Assembly (NCBI GenBank): GCA_963777505.1
Contig: CAVZQN010000006.1
Span: 384,001-448,000 of the forward strand
Origin: an uncultured bacterium
GTDB lineage: Bacteria > Acidobacteriota > HRBIN11 > JAKEFK01
DNA: 64,000 nucleotides
Reading direction: 5' to 3'
Numbering within the stretch: position 1 is the first letter of the stretch; each line of letters opens with the position of its first letter. The notes beneath the pieces were generated by a model. It did not search any database and was not told the DNA's origin. It was given only the letters and a program-made list of their open reading frames with translations. Shown piece after piece: positions 26,624-37,623 of the stretch. The position numbers and the translations under genes were made by a program.

Positions 26624-26860
26624 AATTGGGAGCCGCTATCGCGAGCTCCTGTCCAGAGAGGAAAGCATTGTTAGCCGTGTTCGCTCCACCAGCGATCATG
26701 GCCATAAGATATTGAATTTTGCTCCGAATGGTAAATGATTCAAATTACCTCTCTACTTCTTAATTTATCCATGGGGTTTGAGAGTGTTGTCACTAAAAAC
26801 GGATTATCACTGTCGCTGAATTTTGACAACCAATTTGATGGCAGGTGTACCGGTTCTGCG

Positions 26861-26896
26861 AAAAAGGGGACACAGTTTCTTTAAACTATGCCCCCT
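26861..26896 (-). terminator. Rho-independent terminator of csbD
   Basis: Minus strand AGGGGGCATAGTTT-AAAG-AAACTGTGTCCCC-TTTTT. Confidence 0.7.
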
Positions 26897-26910
26897 AATA
26901 TCCCTTTCAT

Positions 26911-27138
26911 CTACACTCGCCTGTTAGAGGCTGGTTCCTCTTCGATTTGGCGAGCAAATTCATCAGCTTCGCGTTCAGCAACATCACGTGCGTAACCGTA
27001 ACGTTTTTGCAGTGAACCAATCAGCTGATCCCTTTTCCCTTCGATCTTATCGAGATCATCGTTTGTAAGCTCCCCCCAGTTTTCCTTTACCTTTCCCTTA
27101 AACTCTTTCCAATTTCCTTCAATTCGATCCCAATTCAT
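26911..27138 (-). CDS. csbD: CsbD/YjbJ family stress protein
   Basis: MNWDRIEGNWKEFKGKVKENWGELTNDDLDKIEGKRDQLIG. Confidence 0.95.
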   Translation of the reverse strand: MNWDRIEGNWKEFKGKVKENWGELTNDDLDKIEGKRDQLIGSLQKRYGYARDVAEREADEFARQIEEEPASNRRV

Positions 27139-27177
27139 AAAAAACCTCCAAAGATGACTTGAGGAAATTAGTCCAAT

Positions 27178-27522
27178 CTATGATGATTTAATTTTTAGAT
27201 TCGAAACTACGTTCTTAACACCATCTACGGAACGTGCAAGATCAATCGCTTTTTGTTCTTCTGCTTCCGATGCAACAGTCCCATTGAGTGTAACGACGCC
27301 TTCATCGGTGTCCACATCAATGTTGCTTGCTGAGACCAATTCATCATCCGCCATTTTCATTTTTACTGCTGCTGTGATGCTTCCATCCGTTGCTGCTTCA
27401 GCTGTTTCTTCCGCTGCTTCCTTTGTACCTTCTGACACTGCAGTACCAGTATTTTTAGCAGCCGTGCAACCGTAAAAACCGATAGCCAGCACGCATAACA
27501 ATATGACTAAAAGTTTGTTCAT
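27178..27522 (-). CDS. BON domain lipoprotein
   Basis: Lipobox-like FYGC and a single BON domain; AGGAGG RBS. Confidence 0.9.
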   Translation of the reverse strand: MNKLLVILLCVLAIGFYGCTAAKNTGTAVSEGTKEAAEETAEAATDGSITAAVKMKMADDELVSASNIDVDTDEGVVTLNGTVASEAEEQKAIDLARSVDGVKNVVSNLKIKSS

Positions 27523-27710
27523 AAGTAAGATTTCCTCCTAGACGACAGAATAGGTCCTTATAGCCTCAATGAATATCGTAGATCTAGGTTGATTTATGTC
27601 ATAAAAAAAACACAGGAAACGTAAAAAAATGAGACCTAATTGATTTGCTTGCGCTCCTATGGGAAGATTTAAGCAGTTAGCAAATCTATAACCTATTGAG
27701 GCTTTCCAAT

Positions 27711-28097
27711 ATGTCGTCCAAAGTTCTAATCGTCGAGGATGAAGTTATTGTTGCTGAAGATATCCGATCAAAACTGCTTCAAAAGGGTTATCAGGTGTTG
27801 GGAATAGCAGATAGCTTTGATAAAGCGTTGGAGATGGTAAAAGATAATCGACCCGACGTGATGATTCTGGACATCCGAATAAAGGGTGAAATTAATGGTG
27901 TTGAAACGGCGATTATTTTAGGGTCACATTTCGAAAAAACAGTGCCTGTTGTTTTTCTTACTGCATTTTCAGAATCAGAATTCCCCGTATTAAAAGCCGT
28001 AGACTCGTATGCTTACATTAACAAGCCTTTTACAGACGAAGGACTTTTTAAGGCGGTTGAAAGTGCTTTGAATTCCGCCAACTCCCCACTCGCTTAA
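27711..28097 (+). CDS. Single-domain response regulator, paralog of 16296-16754
   Basis: VLIVEDE, PDVMILD, VVFLTA and KPF. Confidence 0.9.
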   Translation: MSSKVLIVEDEVIVAEDIRSKLLQKGYQVLGIADSFDKALEMVKDNRPDVMILDIRIKGEINGVETAIILGSHFEKTVPVVFLTAFSESEFPVLKAVDSYAYINKPFTDEGLFKAVESALNSANSPLA

Positions 28098-28206
28098 GAA
28101 ACTGCAATTATCACTAAAAATCAAACGGCCGTGCGGGACGTTGCTAACACGACCCGCACGACCGGGAAGTTGGAGGGGTATGTCTTTTTTTCAAAAGTGC
28201 TATCAA

Positions 28207-28833
28207 TTATTTAGTGGACGGATCGATTTTTATTTCCGATCGAACTTCTCGGACGCCTGCAACTGAATTTGCTAAACGGATCACCTGGTCCTCTTCTTCT
28301 TGTGTTCGGACAGTTCCACTCAAAACAACGACTCCTTCGGTTGCTTCTGTACGAATGCCCCTCGATTTAATGAGATCATCCGCTGCAAATTTTGATTGTA
28401 TTTCATTGAGAATACGCGCATCACCATTGATGTCAGCAGCTTCGTCGAGTTCCTTTTCCCCTTGTTCTACAATCTCTCCGCGTTCCTGGAGAGTAGGGCT
28501 CCCTGCATCGATCCCTTCGTCAGGGACAATCTTTAGACGGTTCGTAACTGAAACAACGCCAGGTGTTTTTGTGGCAAGTTCTACGATCCTATCTGCCTGC
28601 GATTGAGAAACAACTGTACCTGTAACGGTAACTACACCATCTTTTGTAACGACATCGAAGATCATGCCCCGAAGCATTTCATCTTCTGTGGCCTTGTTTC
28701 TAACATCGGTAGTAATATCCGAATCTTCGCGCGAAACCAGATCAGTTTTTTCATTCAACGGACGGTTTTCTTGAGCAAATATTGAGCTAAATGATAGCAA
28801 TCCAATGAATAACGCAATAATCCATGTCTTCAT
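28207..28833 (-). CDS. Secreted double BON domain protein
   Basis: AGGAGG RBS, signal peptide, two BON repeats. Confidence 0.88.
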   Translation of the reverse strand: MKTWIIALFIGLLSFSSIFAQENRPLNEKTDLVSREDSDITTDVRNKATEDEMLRGMIFDVVTKDGVVTVTGTVVSQSQADRIVELATKTPGVVSVTNRLKIVPDEGIDAGSPTLQERGEIVEQGEKELDEAADINGDARILNEIQSKFAADDLIKSRGIRTEATEGVVVLSGTVRTQEEEDQVIRLANSVAGVREVRSEIKIDPSTK

Positions 28834-28911
28834 AAATCACCTCCTATTAATCATGCCTGAGTAAAGATCGTGCGGGGACCAGAAGTCCCCGCACTGGCAT
28901 CCAGGGGAACC

Positions 28912-29118
28912 TTATTGAGCTTGAGCCATGAGAGATGGCGATGCATTTTTGCGGGATAAACGATGATTTCGGTTCCCTTTTAGGGGTTTTATTCCCAACA
29001 GATCGGCTAATGCTACATATGTTAATACGAGCTGTTCACCTTTGGATGAACTAACCTTACTGGATTCTTCATATAGTGCTGCAACTAGTTCACCAAATGT
29101 GCTTTTGCTTTTCATCAT
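28912..29118 (-). CDS. Small hypothetical protein
   Basis: AAGGAG RBS; 9 nt downstream of the DUF1328 gene; followed by hairpin GTGCGGGGAC/GTCCCCGCAC. Confidence 0.7.
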   Translation of the reverse strand: MMKSKSTFGELVAALYEESSKVSSSKGEQLVLTYVALADLLGIKPLKGNRNHRLSRKNASPSLMAQAQ

Positions 29119-29127
29119 TTACTCCTT

Positions 29128-29292
29128 TTACGCTACAGGGCGTCGGCCCATGATTAATGAAATTACAAACGCAATCAGAAATACAAAAAACAAAATTTTC
29201 GCAATTCCTGCTGCCGCGCCGGCGATGCCAGCGAATCCTAAAAAGGCAGCGATTAAGGCAATCACTAAAAATGTTACTGTCCACGAAAGCAT
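29128..29292 (-). CDS. DUF1328 (YtjA-like) small membrane protein
   Basis: Manual translation [54 protein letters not shown] (54 aa, below the ORF cutoff); AGGAGG RBS. Confidence 0.92.
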   Translation of the reverse strand: MLSWTVTFLVIALIAAFLGFAGIAGAAAGIAKILFFVFLIAFVISLIMGRRPVA

Positions 29293-29531
29293 GTTTTCCT
29301 CCTTTTCTTGAAAACTACAATTGACGCTTATAACGTTACAATTAGCGGGGATCTAAAAGTATCGCTTTTCTGATGTATTTGCCGTCGCGGCTTGAAGGCT
29401 ATACTGTCACAGAATCTACGACAGAAATTTACCGCCCGACAGCCTCGTATTCTGAGAATTCCGATGAGTTGAAATACGGAGAAGTGTGGCTATTTATCCA
29501 TTCAGAGAAAAAAAGTCAAAAGGAGTCTATT

Positions 29532-30656
29532 ATGTCCCCATCAAAACCGCCAAACGGAAAAGTTCGTTATGCCGTTGTTGGTCTCGGCTATATTGCGCAA
29601 GTCGCAGTATTACCTGCATTTAAACATGCCTCAAAGAATTCAGTTTTAGCTGCTCTAGTCTCTGATGATCCTGAAAAGCTTCAAACGCTTTCTAAGGAAT
29701 ATGACGTAAAGCGAACGGCTCGTTATGACGAGTATGACGATCTTTTACGAAGCGGAGAAATAGATGCAGTTTATATAGCACTTCCGAATCACTTACATGC
29801 CGCATATACACTTCGCGCTGCTGACGCTGGCATTCATGTCCTTTGCGAAAAACCTATGGCTGTTTCTAGCGAAGAATGTCTCCGAATGATTGAAGGCGCC
29901 GAAGAAAACGGAATTAAGTTAATGATCGCTTATCGGTTGCATTTTGAAAAAGCAAATCTGAAAGCAGTTGAGATTGTAAAATCTGGAAACCTTGGAATTC
30001 CACGCTTCTTTGATTCAACTCACAGCATGCAAGTCAGAGAAGGGAATGTCCGCCTTGTTGATGAAGTTCTTGGTGGCGGTCCAGTTTATGATATTGGAAT
30101 TTATTGTATCAATGCAGCACGTTATTTATTCCGGGACGAACCAGAAGAAGTTTTTGCATACAGCGCGACGGGTGAGAGTGCGCGTTTTAAGGATTCTGAT
30201 GAAATGACGGCTGCAGTCCTTCGATTTCCAAATAATAGAATCGCTACTTTTAGTTGCAGCTTTGGAGCCTCAGATACTTCGATGTACCGAATTGTTGGAA
30301 CGGAAGGAGATCTGCGTGTTGAGCCTGCCTATGAATATGCAGGAGAGTTGGAGCATCATCTGACAATCGATGGTAAAACGCGGAATCGGAAATACAAGAA
30401 GCGGGATCAATTTGCGCCTGAGATTGAATATTTTTCAGCATGTATCTTAAGGAATAAGAAACCAGAGCCTGGTGGCGAAGAAGGCTTAATTGATGTACAA
30501 ATCATTGAAGGCATCCTTGAGTCGGCGAGAACCGGCAGGTCTGTTTCAATTGAAAAGAGAAAAAAAGGATCACGGCCGGACAAAGATCAGGAAATCCAAA
30601 AGCCGCCGATTGAGGAACCTGAATTAGTAAATGCCGAAGCTGCTTCTCGCGACTGA
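29532..30656 (+). CDS. Gfo/Idh/MocA family oxidoreductase
   Basis: VRYAVVGLGYIA, HVLCEKP, GGPVYDIGIYC; AAGGAG RBS. Confidence 0.92.
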   Translation: MSPSKPPNGKVRYAVVGLGYIAQVAVLPAFKHASKNSVLAALVSDDPEKLQTLSKEYDVKRTARYDEYDDLLRSGEIDAVYIALPNHLHAAYTLRAADAGIHVLCEKPMAVSSEECLRMIEGAEENGIKLMIAYRLHFEKANLKAVEIVKSGNLGIPRFFDSTHSMQVREGNVRLVDEVLGGGPVYDIGIYCINAARYLFRDEPEEVFAYSATGESARFKDSDEMTAAVLRFPNNRIATFSCSFGASDTSMYRIVGTEGDLRVEPAYEYAGELEHHLTIDGKTRNRKYKKRDQFAPEIEYFSACILRNKKPEPGGEEGLIDVQIIEGILESARTGRSVSIEKRKKGSRPDKDQEIQKPPIEEPELVNAEAASRD

Positions 30657-30812
30657 ACAACGACGAGGATCATTTAGTTTCAAAGGAGTGAAGCCGAAAA
30701 AGGCAGCTGCGGGTTTTGTATTTTGGATCATAATTGAGCATAATCACCTTTAGATGGTGACTTCAGGTTTCGTAACAATGCGAAACGCTCAACTGAATTC
30801 CGTATTTCGTTC

Positions 30813-33520
30813 ATGAATGCACAATCCGGTATCCGCGGCTGGATTGCGCCAATTTTTATTGTCATTGTTGTTCTGCTTAGCTTCTCAAAAGTTTTGTTTC
30901 ACGACAGCTATGCTCTTGTTGAAGGGCAAGATTTAACAGGGCAGGCTTATCCCTGGTTCAATGTAGCCGCACATTGGTTTCAAAATAAAACACTTTTGTT
31001 TTGGGATCCCTATGTATTTTCCGGTAAACCAAATACGGGGGAGCCACAAACCGGAATTTTTTATCCGATCAATTGGATCTTTTTCGCGTGGCATTTCAAA
31101 GATGGTCAGCTTCCCACTGCAGCTCTTGAAACATTAATCATCTTGAATTTTTGTCTGATGTCTGTGTTTGTGTACTTTCTTGCGCGTTCATTCGGAATCA
31201 GCAGAAAAGGCGCTGTTATTTCCGGGATCGTTGGCGGTTTAGGTGGACTCAGTTCGAAAATGCATTCATGGCTCAATATTCAAAGTTCATTTGTGTGGCT
31301 GCCCTTGATTTTGCTTTTTTACAACAAGGCGAATAAAAGTCCATCACGTAAATCTGCTTTTGCTTTTTTGCTTTTGTGCGCCGTTTGTCTTGCCGTTTCA
31401 TTTCTGGCTGGTCATCATCAGCCGCCGATTCAGGCCGCGATTTTATTAGGCATGTATGCGCTCTATTTGAAAGTCTCGAAACAGTATGCAAGAGATCATG
31501 TTCCTTTCCTGGTTGGATTGATCGTTATTGCTTTCATGGCTGCGCTGCTTGCGGCAATTCAAATTTTCCCATCAGCGGAATGGGGCTCCCTGGCGTATCG
31601 GTGGGCTGGGTCATATGGACCATTGCAAGGAGGAGAAAAAATCCCGCATTATGTTTTGGAAAATGTAGAGAAAGTACATCCACAGGATTTTCTGTCTATC
31701 CTTTTCCCTTATGCAACGACAATGGTGAACCTCTATGTTGGTCCCATGGTGGTGGTTCTTGCTTTTCTGGGAGCGATGTTTTCACAGAAACGAGAAAGCA
31801 AATTTTTTCTGATTGCAGCGATCTTATTTACGCTTTTTAGTTTAGGGAAATATTCCATTCTGCATACATGGCTTTACACGTATGTGCCAGGTATGTGGTT
31901 CGCACGTGAAGCGTATTTATTTCTTGTTGCCTTTTCTAATTTGCATTGCGCTCCTTGCGGGATATGGCTTAGATGCGCTTTCTGAGAAATCGACCAATCC
32001 TGCAGATGTATCGATACAGAAAATTGCGGGTAGTGTGGCTAAGCTTTTAGTCATTGTTCTTGCCATCCTGATTGCTATTTGTATTGGCGCGGTGTTGCAG
32101 GATGAACACTTTCTTAAAGACTCCAGGATCTCAAAAGCAGCTGGATTGATGTTGTATCTGATTCTCATTTGCATTCTTTTTGGTTTTGTTTACTTCAGAA
32201 AGATTTCGGCGCCAGTTTTTCAAACGCTTATCGTTGCGATGATTGTTATTGATCTTGGTTCAGAAATTTCGCGAGCAATTCCGCTCAAAGTTTCTGATGA
32301 AGGTGAAGCTTTTACGCCCGCGAATGTGTATCAAAAAAATGAAATAGCTAAGACTGTAAAGGATTATCAATTTCACGAAAGGTTTCGTGTCGATGATCTT
32401 TCGGATATTCTGCCGCCAAATGCAGGAGATGCCTGGCTGATTTACAGTACCAGGGGTTACACAACAACAATGGATCAACATTATTACGATTTAAGAGCGT
32501 CCGGTTGGGGGCAATTTAGCAACCCCTCTGCGCTTTTGAATACTCGCTATTTTATTAGCCCGGTTGTACTTGATTTTGCCGATAGTATTTGGAATCAGGA
32601 TGAGACCGGTATCTATCGTAACCCCCGAGCTGTACCTGAAGCTTTTTCAGTAACGCAGGCAAAGATTTTTTCAGATAAAGAAGAACTCCTGAAATTTATG
32701 AATAGTCCGCTTTTTAATCCCCATTCAACCGGCCTGTTTTTGCAGGAGGATTGGAGGCGGCTCCCCGGCGATTGGCAGAAGAAAATTACATCGCCCACAA
32801 TTGATCTTGATCTTGCGAGATTGGATTATGTGAAAGCGGAAGATAAAGGGCTGGATCATCCGAATCCTGAAATTCAACATCTTTATTCCAAGCCTTGGGG
32901 ATGGGATTCAGGTGACGCGATGAATGGAACTTTTAGGCTGGCAGATGAAACCGAGGTAAACGTGTTACTAAACTATTTTGCCGGCGAAACGGATTGTAGT
33001 CTTGCATTCGTTCTTAAGAGCTCGAAAGCAGATCAAGAGTGAACAAGTTGAGCTCAAAGCTGATGCCAATAAAAATCTGACGCGAACCGATTTGCGTCTA
33101 GGAAAATTGAATTCTGACAATTATCAATTTCAACTTGAGATTCCACAAAACTGCAGTGCAAAATTGGATTCGCTTGAATTTGTGACGGCTATTTCTGAAT
33201 CAAGTAATGTTGCTGAAGTAAAAATTCTGTCCCATGAACCGCATTCGATTACAGTCTCGACTTCGTCTAAAAAGCCCTCTCTTCTGCTTTTGAGTGAAGT
33301 TTTTTACCCTGGATGGATTGCAAAACTAGATGGCGGCGAAATTCCAATTTATAGAGTGAATTATGCATTCAGAGCGGTTACTGTTGATGCTGGCAAACAT
33401 AAGATTGAATTTCATTTCCGGCCTGCTTCGATTTATGCCGGGTTTGCAGTCACATTTATCAGTCTTGCTGGTGTTCTTATTTATCTCTGGCTTCAGAGAA
33501 AACATCTGCTCTCTCAGTAA
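30813..33520 (+). CDS. YfhO-like polytopic membrane protein (GT-C-like), split by two +1 frameshifts
   Basis: WDPYVFSGKP..GIFYP, LAGH..P, C-terminal YPGWIAKLDG...VNYAFRAV...GKHKIEF, spread over ORFs 30813-31985, 31882-33042 and 32978-33520. Confidence 0.8.
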
Positions 33521-33917
33521 ATCCTTGCGGACGAGTAAAGCTGCCGGTGTGCACCGATCGGATGATGTTCAATAGGATGTCTCTGGTTGTATCTTTTGTT
33601 AAAAAGGCTGTTGCGCCTGCTTGATAACTGGCTTCAATATCTTCTTCGAAATCGAAAGCACTCATGGCAATGAATCGAGCTTCCGGATTGTCCTTTTTTA
33701 TTGTCCTCATAGCGGTCAATCCATTTACCTCCGGCATATTTAGATCGATCAAAGTAATTTCTGCATTGATCAATGGGTAAAGTTGGATTGCTGCATTACC
33801 GTTTGACGCTTCACCCACAATTGTCATATCAGGCTGAGCATTAATAATGCGCCTTAAAGCTTCGCGTACGCCCGTATGATTATCCACAAGCAAGATTCGG
33901 ATTGGCTCGGTCTTCAT
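33477..33917 (-). CDS. NarL-type receiver-only response regulator
   Basis: IRILLVDNH, DLNMPEVNG, AGATAFLTK; no LuxR HTH. Confidence 0.82.
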   Translation of the reverse strand: MKTEPIRILLVDNHTGVREALRRIINAQPDMTIVGEASNGNAAIQLYPLINAEITLIDLNMPEVNGLTAMRTIKKDNPEARFIAMSAFDFEEDIEASYQAGATAFLTKDTTRDILLNIIRSVHTGSFTRPQGFTERADVFSEARDK

Positions 33918-34010
33918 ATTCAACTCTTATCATGTACAACTGTAAGGTTTTGCTGAATATTGCGCCTGAGGCAGCAGATAGATGGCGAGATATAGATTTA
34001 GGTGGCAAGC

Positions 34011-34034
34011 AATCTCTAACTTAAGTTAGAGATT
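34011..34034. promoter_or_regulatory. Perfect 24-bp palindrome, candidate operator
   Basis: AATCTCTAACTTAAGTTAGAGATT equals its own reverse complement. Confidence 0.55.
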
Positions 34035-34040
34035 TACGGG

Positions 34041-36713
34041 TCACAACTTGAAGTCTTCGAGAATCCACAAATCAGATTCTGTGCGGTGAAGAGAGGTGGC
34101 AAAGCTTTTGCCGTCGGGAGCCATACTGAATCCGGCAAAAGGAGATTCAGAAGTTTGCATCGGACTTGTTCCAAGGTCTGAGATTAATTTCTCAGTGCCT
34201 GTTTTGGGATCGAGTGAGACAACAATCAACTTGCGATTCGCATCCTGACGTATTCCATATAGGAGTGAACTGTCGCGTGCCCAGCCTCCGGTAAACCATA
34301 CTTCTTTGCTGATTACGTTGCGTCCTGAACCATCATTCGCCGCAAGGATTTCGCCTTCTGCAGTTTGAAACAGGATTGAAGATCCATCCGGAGACCATTG
34401 AGGTTGGAAGTACGAAGACTGTTTTTCCAGTACAACTGGTGATTCACTTCCGCCAACTCGCATTTTTACAAGTTCATATTCAGGGCCGTTTTTACGCAAA
34501 TAAGCAATCCAATTTCCATCGCTTGACCACGCAGGCGCGAATTGTCCAAGCGGCTCGTTAAACAATCGGATCGGAGACCCGCCAGCTAAACTGGAAATCC
34601 AGATTTGAGTCTGTTGTGATGTATTAACATGAAACGCAATCCGCATACCATCGCCTGAAAAAACAGGTCTGGAAAAAGAAAGAATTGATTCATTTGGAAA
34701 ATCTTTTTCTGTAACCAGTGGACGCTCCCATCCTTCAGTTTGGCTTCGGACCCAGATGACATCAGTTCCATTTCGATCCGATACATACGCAAATTGATTT
34801 CCTTGCGGACTCCATGCAGGCGCTTTTTCATTTAATGGAGTTGAAGTTAGATTTCGCATGCTTTCTCCATTTAGCGGGACTTCGATCAGATCGAATTGCA
34901 TGTTGCCTGATGCAAACGCAATGCGTTTGCCATCAGAAGATACCGCAGGACTCATTTCGTTGTTTACTCCAAATGTGATCGGTCTCAATTCTTCTTTTTC
35001 AAGGTCAATCAAACCCAGATGATGTTTCCGTTTGAAAGGATGATCTGTTGAAGCGATTAAATGCTTACTGTCCGGTGCCCAACTAAATCCGAAGAAGCCA
35101 TCAAAGGCGAATTTTTTTAATTGTTTAGGCTCTCCTTTCGGAAATGGAAGGATCCAGAATTCCCAGGTTTTATTTGAATCCAATGACCATAACTGCATAG
35201 CCAGTTTAGTGCCATCAGGAGAAAATAAAATTTGAGCACCGGTAATCTTTTTCTTATCAAATGGCTTTTCGGAATATCTAACCGGTTTTGCGCCGATCGG
35301 ACTTGCAATCCAAATGGACAATCCGGCATTATCCTGATCTTTGAAGAATGCCATTGTCTTTCCATCAGGGGAGATTGTAGGGCTTCCAGCATTATCCACT
35401 ACGATTGTCGGTGTGCCGCCTGCAGCACCGACTGCCCAAATATCATGCTGATATCGATCTTTTCTTTTCTGAGTGAAATAGAGTCGTGTCCCATCAGGAG
35501 ACCATATTGGATGAAAACAGTCTTCAGTCCCAAACGTAATTTGTTCGGGAATTGAAACTGCGAGGCTCCGTTTGAAGACCTGCATAATTCCATTTACTTC
35601 GGCTAGATATGCGATCGTTTTTCCATCCGGTGACCAGGCAGGGAAGTTTTCATTTTCATCGTTGCTAGCAACAGGAGTGAATTGATAGCCCCTGGTTTCT
35701 TCCTGTTGGGAATCTCGTCCAAACCATCCTGATAAAAAACCAGCAGCTAAACATACTGCAGCAATCCCTGCGAAGAGTAGCGATCTTTTTAGCCTTACTG
35801 AACTTTTTCCAGCAACGAGTGATTCTCCGGAATAGGACGTCTCGGAAAGATGGTCTCGAAAATCTCTTAACTCGTGATAAATATCAATCGTTGCGCCATA
35901 TCGCTCTCGTAAATCTTTGGCCAGGCAACGCTCAATTAACCAGCGAAGTGGGGCAGGAAACTTTGGATTGAGCGATGAAACAGGTGGCGGTTCTTCGGAC
36001 AAAATTGCAGAAAGAGTTTGAATGGGTGTATCACGATGGAACGCTTTTTTGCCGGTGGCCATTTCATAAAGGATTAGTCCGAGTGAAAATTGATCCGATC
36101 GGAAGTCGATTCCTTCGCCGCGAGCTTGTTCAGGACTCATGTAAGAAACAGTTCCAAGAATGACTCCGGGCTGCGTCAGCAATTGTGAGCGATGCTCATC
36201 CGTTCCATCGGAACCTGAGAGTACAGGTTTGGCTAAACCAAAATCCAAAATCTTCACACGACTATCGCGTGTAATCATTAAGTTTTCAGGTTTCAAATCA
36301 CGATGGATAATTCCAGCTTCATGCGCCGCTGTTAAACCTGCAGCAATTTGAATGGCGATATCCAGATACCGTTTGAGAGAGATCGGCCCTTTTCCAATCA
36401 GGGACCGCAGCGATTCCCCTTCAATGAGTTCTGAAACGATGTATTGTGTTCCTTCTTCGCTGCCTACGTCAAAAACGGAAAGAATGTTTGGATGGTTGAG
36501 CGAACTCGCCGCACGGGCTTCTTGAAGAAAGCGTCTGTATCGATCTGAATCTTCGGGCACTTCCGCAGATAATAATTTCAGCGCTACATCTCGTTTTAAT
36601 CGCGTATCGCGTGCACGATATACCTCACCCATTCCACCCGAACCAAGTGGCGATAGAATTTCGTACGGTCCAAAGGATGAACCTTCGAATTTGTTTTCAG
36701 GCGAGATTGCCAT
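34041..36713 (-). CDS. Hanks-type Ser/Thr kinase with TM and TolB/PD40-like propeller
   Basis: LGSGGMGEVY, HRDLKPEN, DFGLAK, YMSPEQ; repeated PxWSPDG. Confidence 0.95.
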   Translation of the reverse strand: MAISPENKFEGSSFGPYEILSPLGSGGMGEVYRARDTRLKRDVALKLLSAEVPEDSDRYRRFLQEARAASSLNHPNILSVFDVGSEEGTQYIVSELIEGESLRSLIGKGPISLKRYLDIAIQIAAGLTAAHEAGIIHRDLKPENLMITRDSRVKILDFGLAKPVLSGSDGTDEHRSQLLTQPGVILGTVSYMSPEQARGEGIDFRSDQFSLGLILYEMATGKKAFHRDTPIQTLSAILSEEPPPVSSLNPKFPAPLRWLIERCLAKDLRERYGATIDIYHELRDFRDHLSETSYSGESLVAGKSSVRLKRSLLFAGIAAVCLAAGFLSGWFGRDSQQEETRGYQFTPVASNDENENFPAWSPDGKTIAYLAEVNGIMQVFKRSLAVSIPEQITFGTEDCFHPIWSPDGTRLYFTQKRKDRYQHDIWAVGAAGGTPTIVVDNAGSPTISPDGKTMAFFKDQDNAGLSIWIASPIGAKPVRYSEKPFDKKKITGAQILFSPDGTKLAMQLWSLDSNKTWEFWILPFPKGEPKQLKKFAFDGFFGFSWAPDSKHLIASTDHPFKRKHHLGLIDLEKEELRPITFGVNNEMSPAVSSDGKRIAFASGNMQFDLIEVPLNGESMRNLTSTPLNEKAPAWSPQGNQFAYVSDRNGTDVIWVRSQTEGWERPLVTEKDFPNESILSFSRPVFSGDGMRIAFHVNTSQQTQIWISSLAGGSPIRLFNEPLGQFAPAWSSDGNWIAYLRKNGPEYELVKMRVGGSESPVVLEKQSSYFQPQWSPDGSSILFQTAEGEILAANDGSGRNVISKEVWFTGGWARDSSLLYGIRQDANRKLIVVSLDPKTGTEKLISDLGTSPMQTSESPFAGFSMAPDGKSFATSLHRTESDLWILEDFKL

Positions 36714-36720
36714 GATTCAA

Positions 36721-37351
36721 CTAAAGATGAACGATGCCACGTTTCAGAGCAACTGAAACGGCTTGAGTACGATCTGTGACATCGAGTTTGTCCAAGATGT
36801 TATTTACATGAGATTTGACTGTTCCTTCCGATATTCCAAGCTCATCGCCAATTTCCTTATTGCTTTTTCCATGAACAATCAAATTCAGCACTTCGCTTTC
36901 GCGCGCAGTTAAGTTCGTTACCGCCAATACGCTCTGCAAGACGTGACGCAATTGATGGAGGAATCACCCGTTCTCCGGAGTGAACACGATTAATAGCTGC
37001 TAGCAATTCGCTGTGCGGGCTATCCTTGAGTAAATAACCTCTAGCACCGGCCTGCAGTGAAAGATAGATGTCTTCTTCAAGATCATAAGTGCTTAAAACA
37101 AGAATGCGCGCATTTGGAAAATCCTTCCGGATCGCTTCAATGGCCTCAACGCCGTTCATCTGCGGCATTCTCATATCCATCAACGTAACATCCGGACGCA
37201 ATTTGCGGAATTTCTCCAAAGCTTCTTGACCGTTGGATGCTTCTCCAACAACTTCCATATTCTTGTCAGAAACGATAATGCGTGAAAGCCCTTCTCGTAC
37301 AACTGGATGATCATCGATGATCATGATGCGAATTGCTGAAGTCTTTGCCAT
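36721..37351 (-). CDS. NarL/LuxR family response regulator, split by a +1 frameshift near 36910
   Basis: Receiver DDHPVVREG...MDMRMP in 36857-37351; [12 protein letters not shown]...GKSNKEI...TVKSH in 36721-36951. Confidence 0.9.
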
Positions 37352-37446
37352 TGAAACTCCGCTGATCCTATTTTGTTTATTCTTCTCATCATTATATGAC
37401 GAACCTTGCGCAGGGTGGGTTCAGATGCCATAATTATCGACTCCAT

Positions 37447-37520
37447 GCGCCTGTAGCTCAGCGGATTAGAGCGGCAGCCTCCGGAGCTGTAGGTCGGGGG
37501 TTCGAGTCCCTCCAGGCGCA
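37447..37520 (+). tRNA. tRNA-Arg(CCG)
   Basis: Acceptor GCGCCTG/CAGGCGC; anticodon arm GCAGC-CT CCG GA-GCTGT; GGTTCGAGTC; no CCA. Confidence 0.95.
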
Positions 37521-37529
37521 TTATTAAAA

Positions 37530-37602
37530 GAGAATAGAGAATAGAAGATAGAGGATGGCAATCCACTAATCATCTATTCTCTATCTTCCATCTTCTATTC
37601 TC
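37530..37602. repeat. Inverted arrays of GARRATR heptamers, copy 1
   Basis: GAGAATA GAGAATA GAAGATA GAGGATG, then the reverse-complement array. Confidence 0.75.
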
Positions 37603-37623
37603 GCCGGTTGCTACATTCCTCAG

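Noticed and set aside
37321-37566. 81-aa minus-strand ORF
   Set aside because: Antisense to tRNA-Arg(CCG) and the heptamer repeat.
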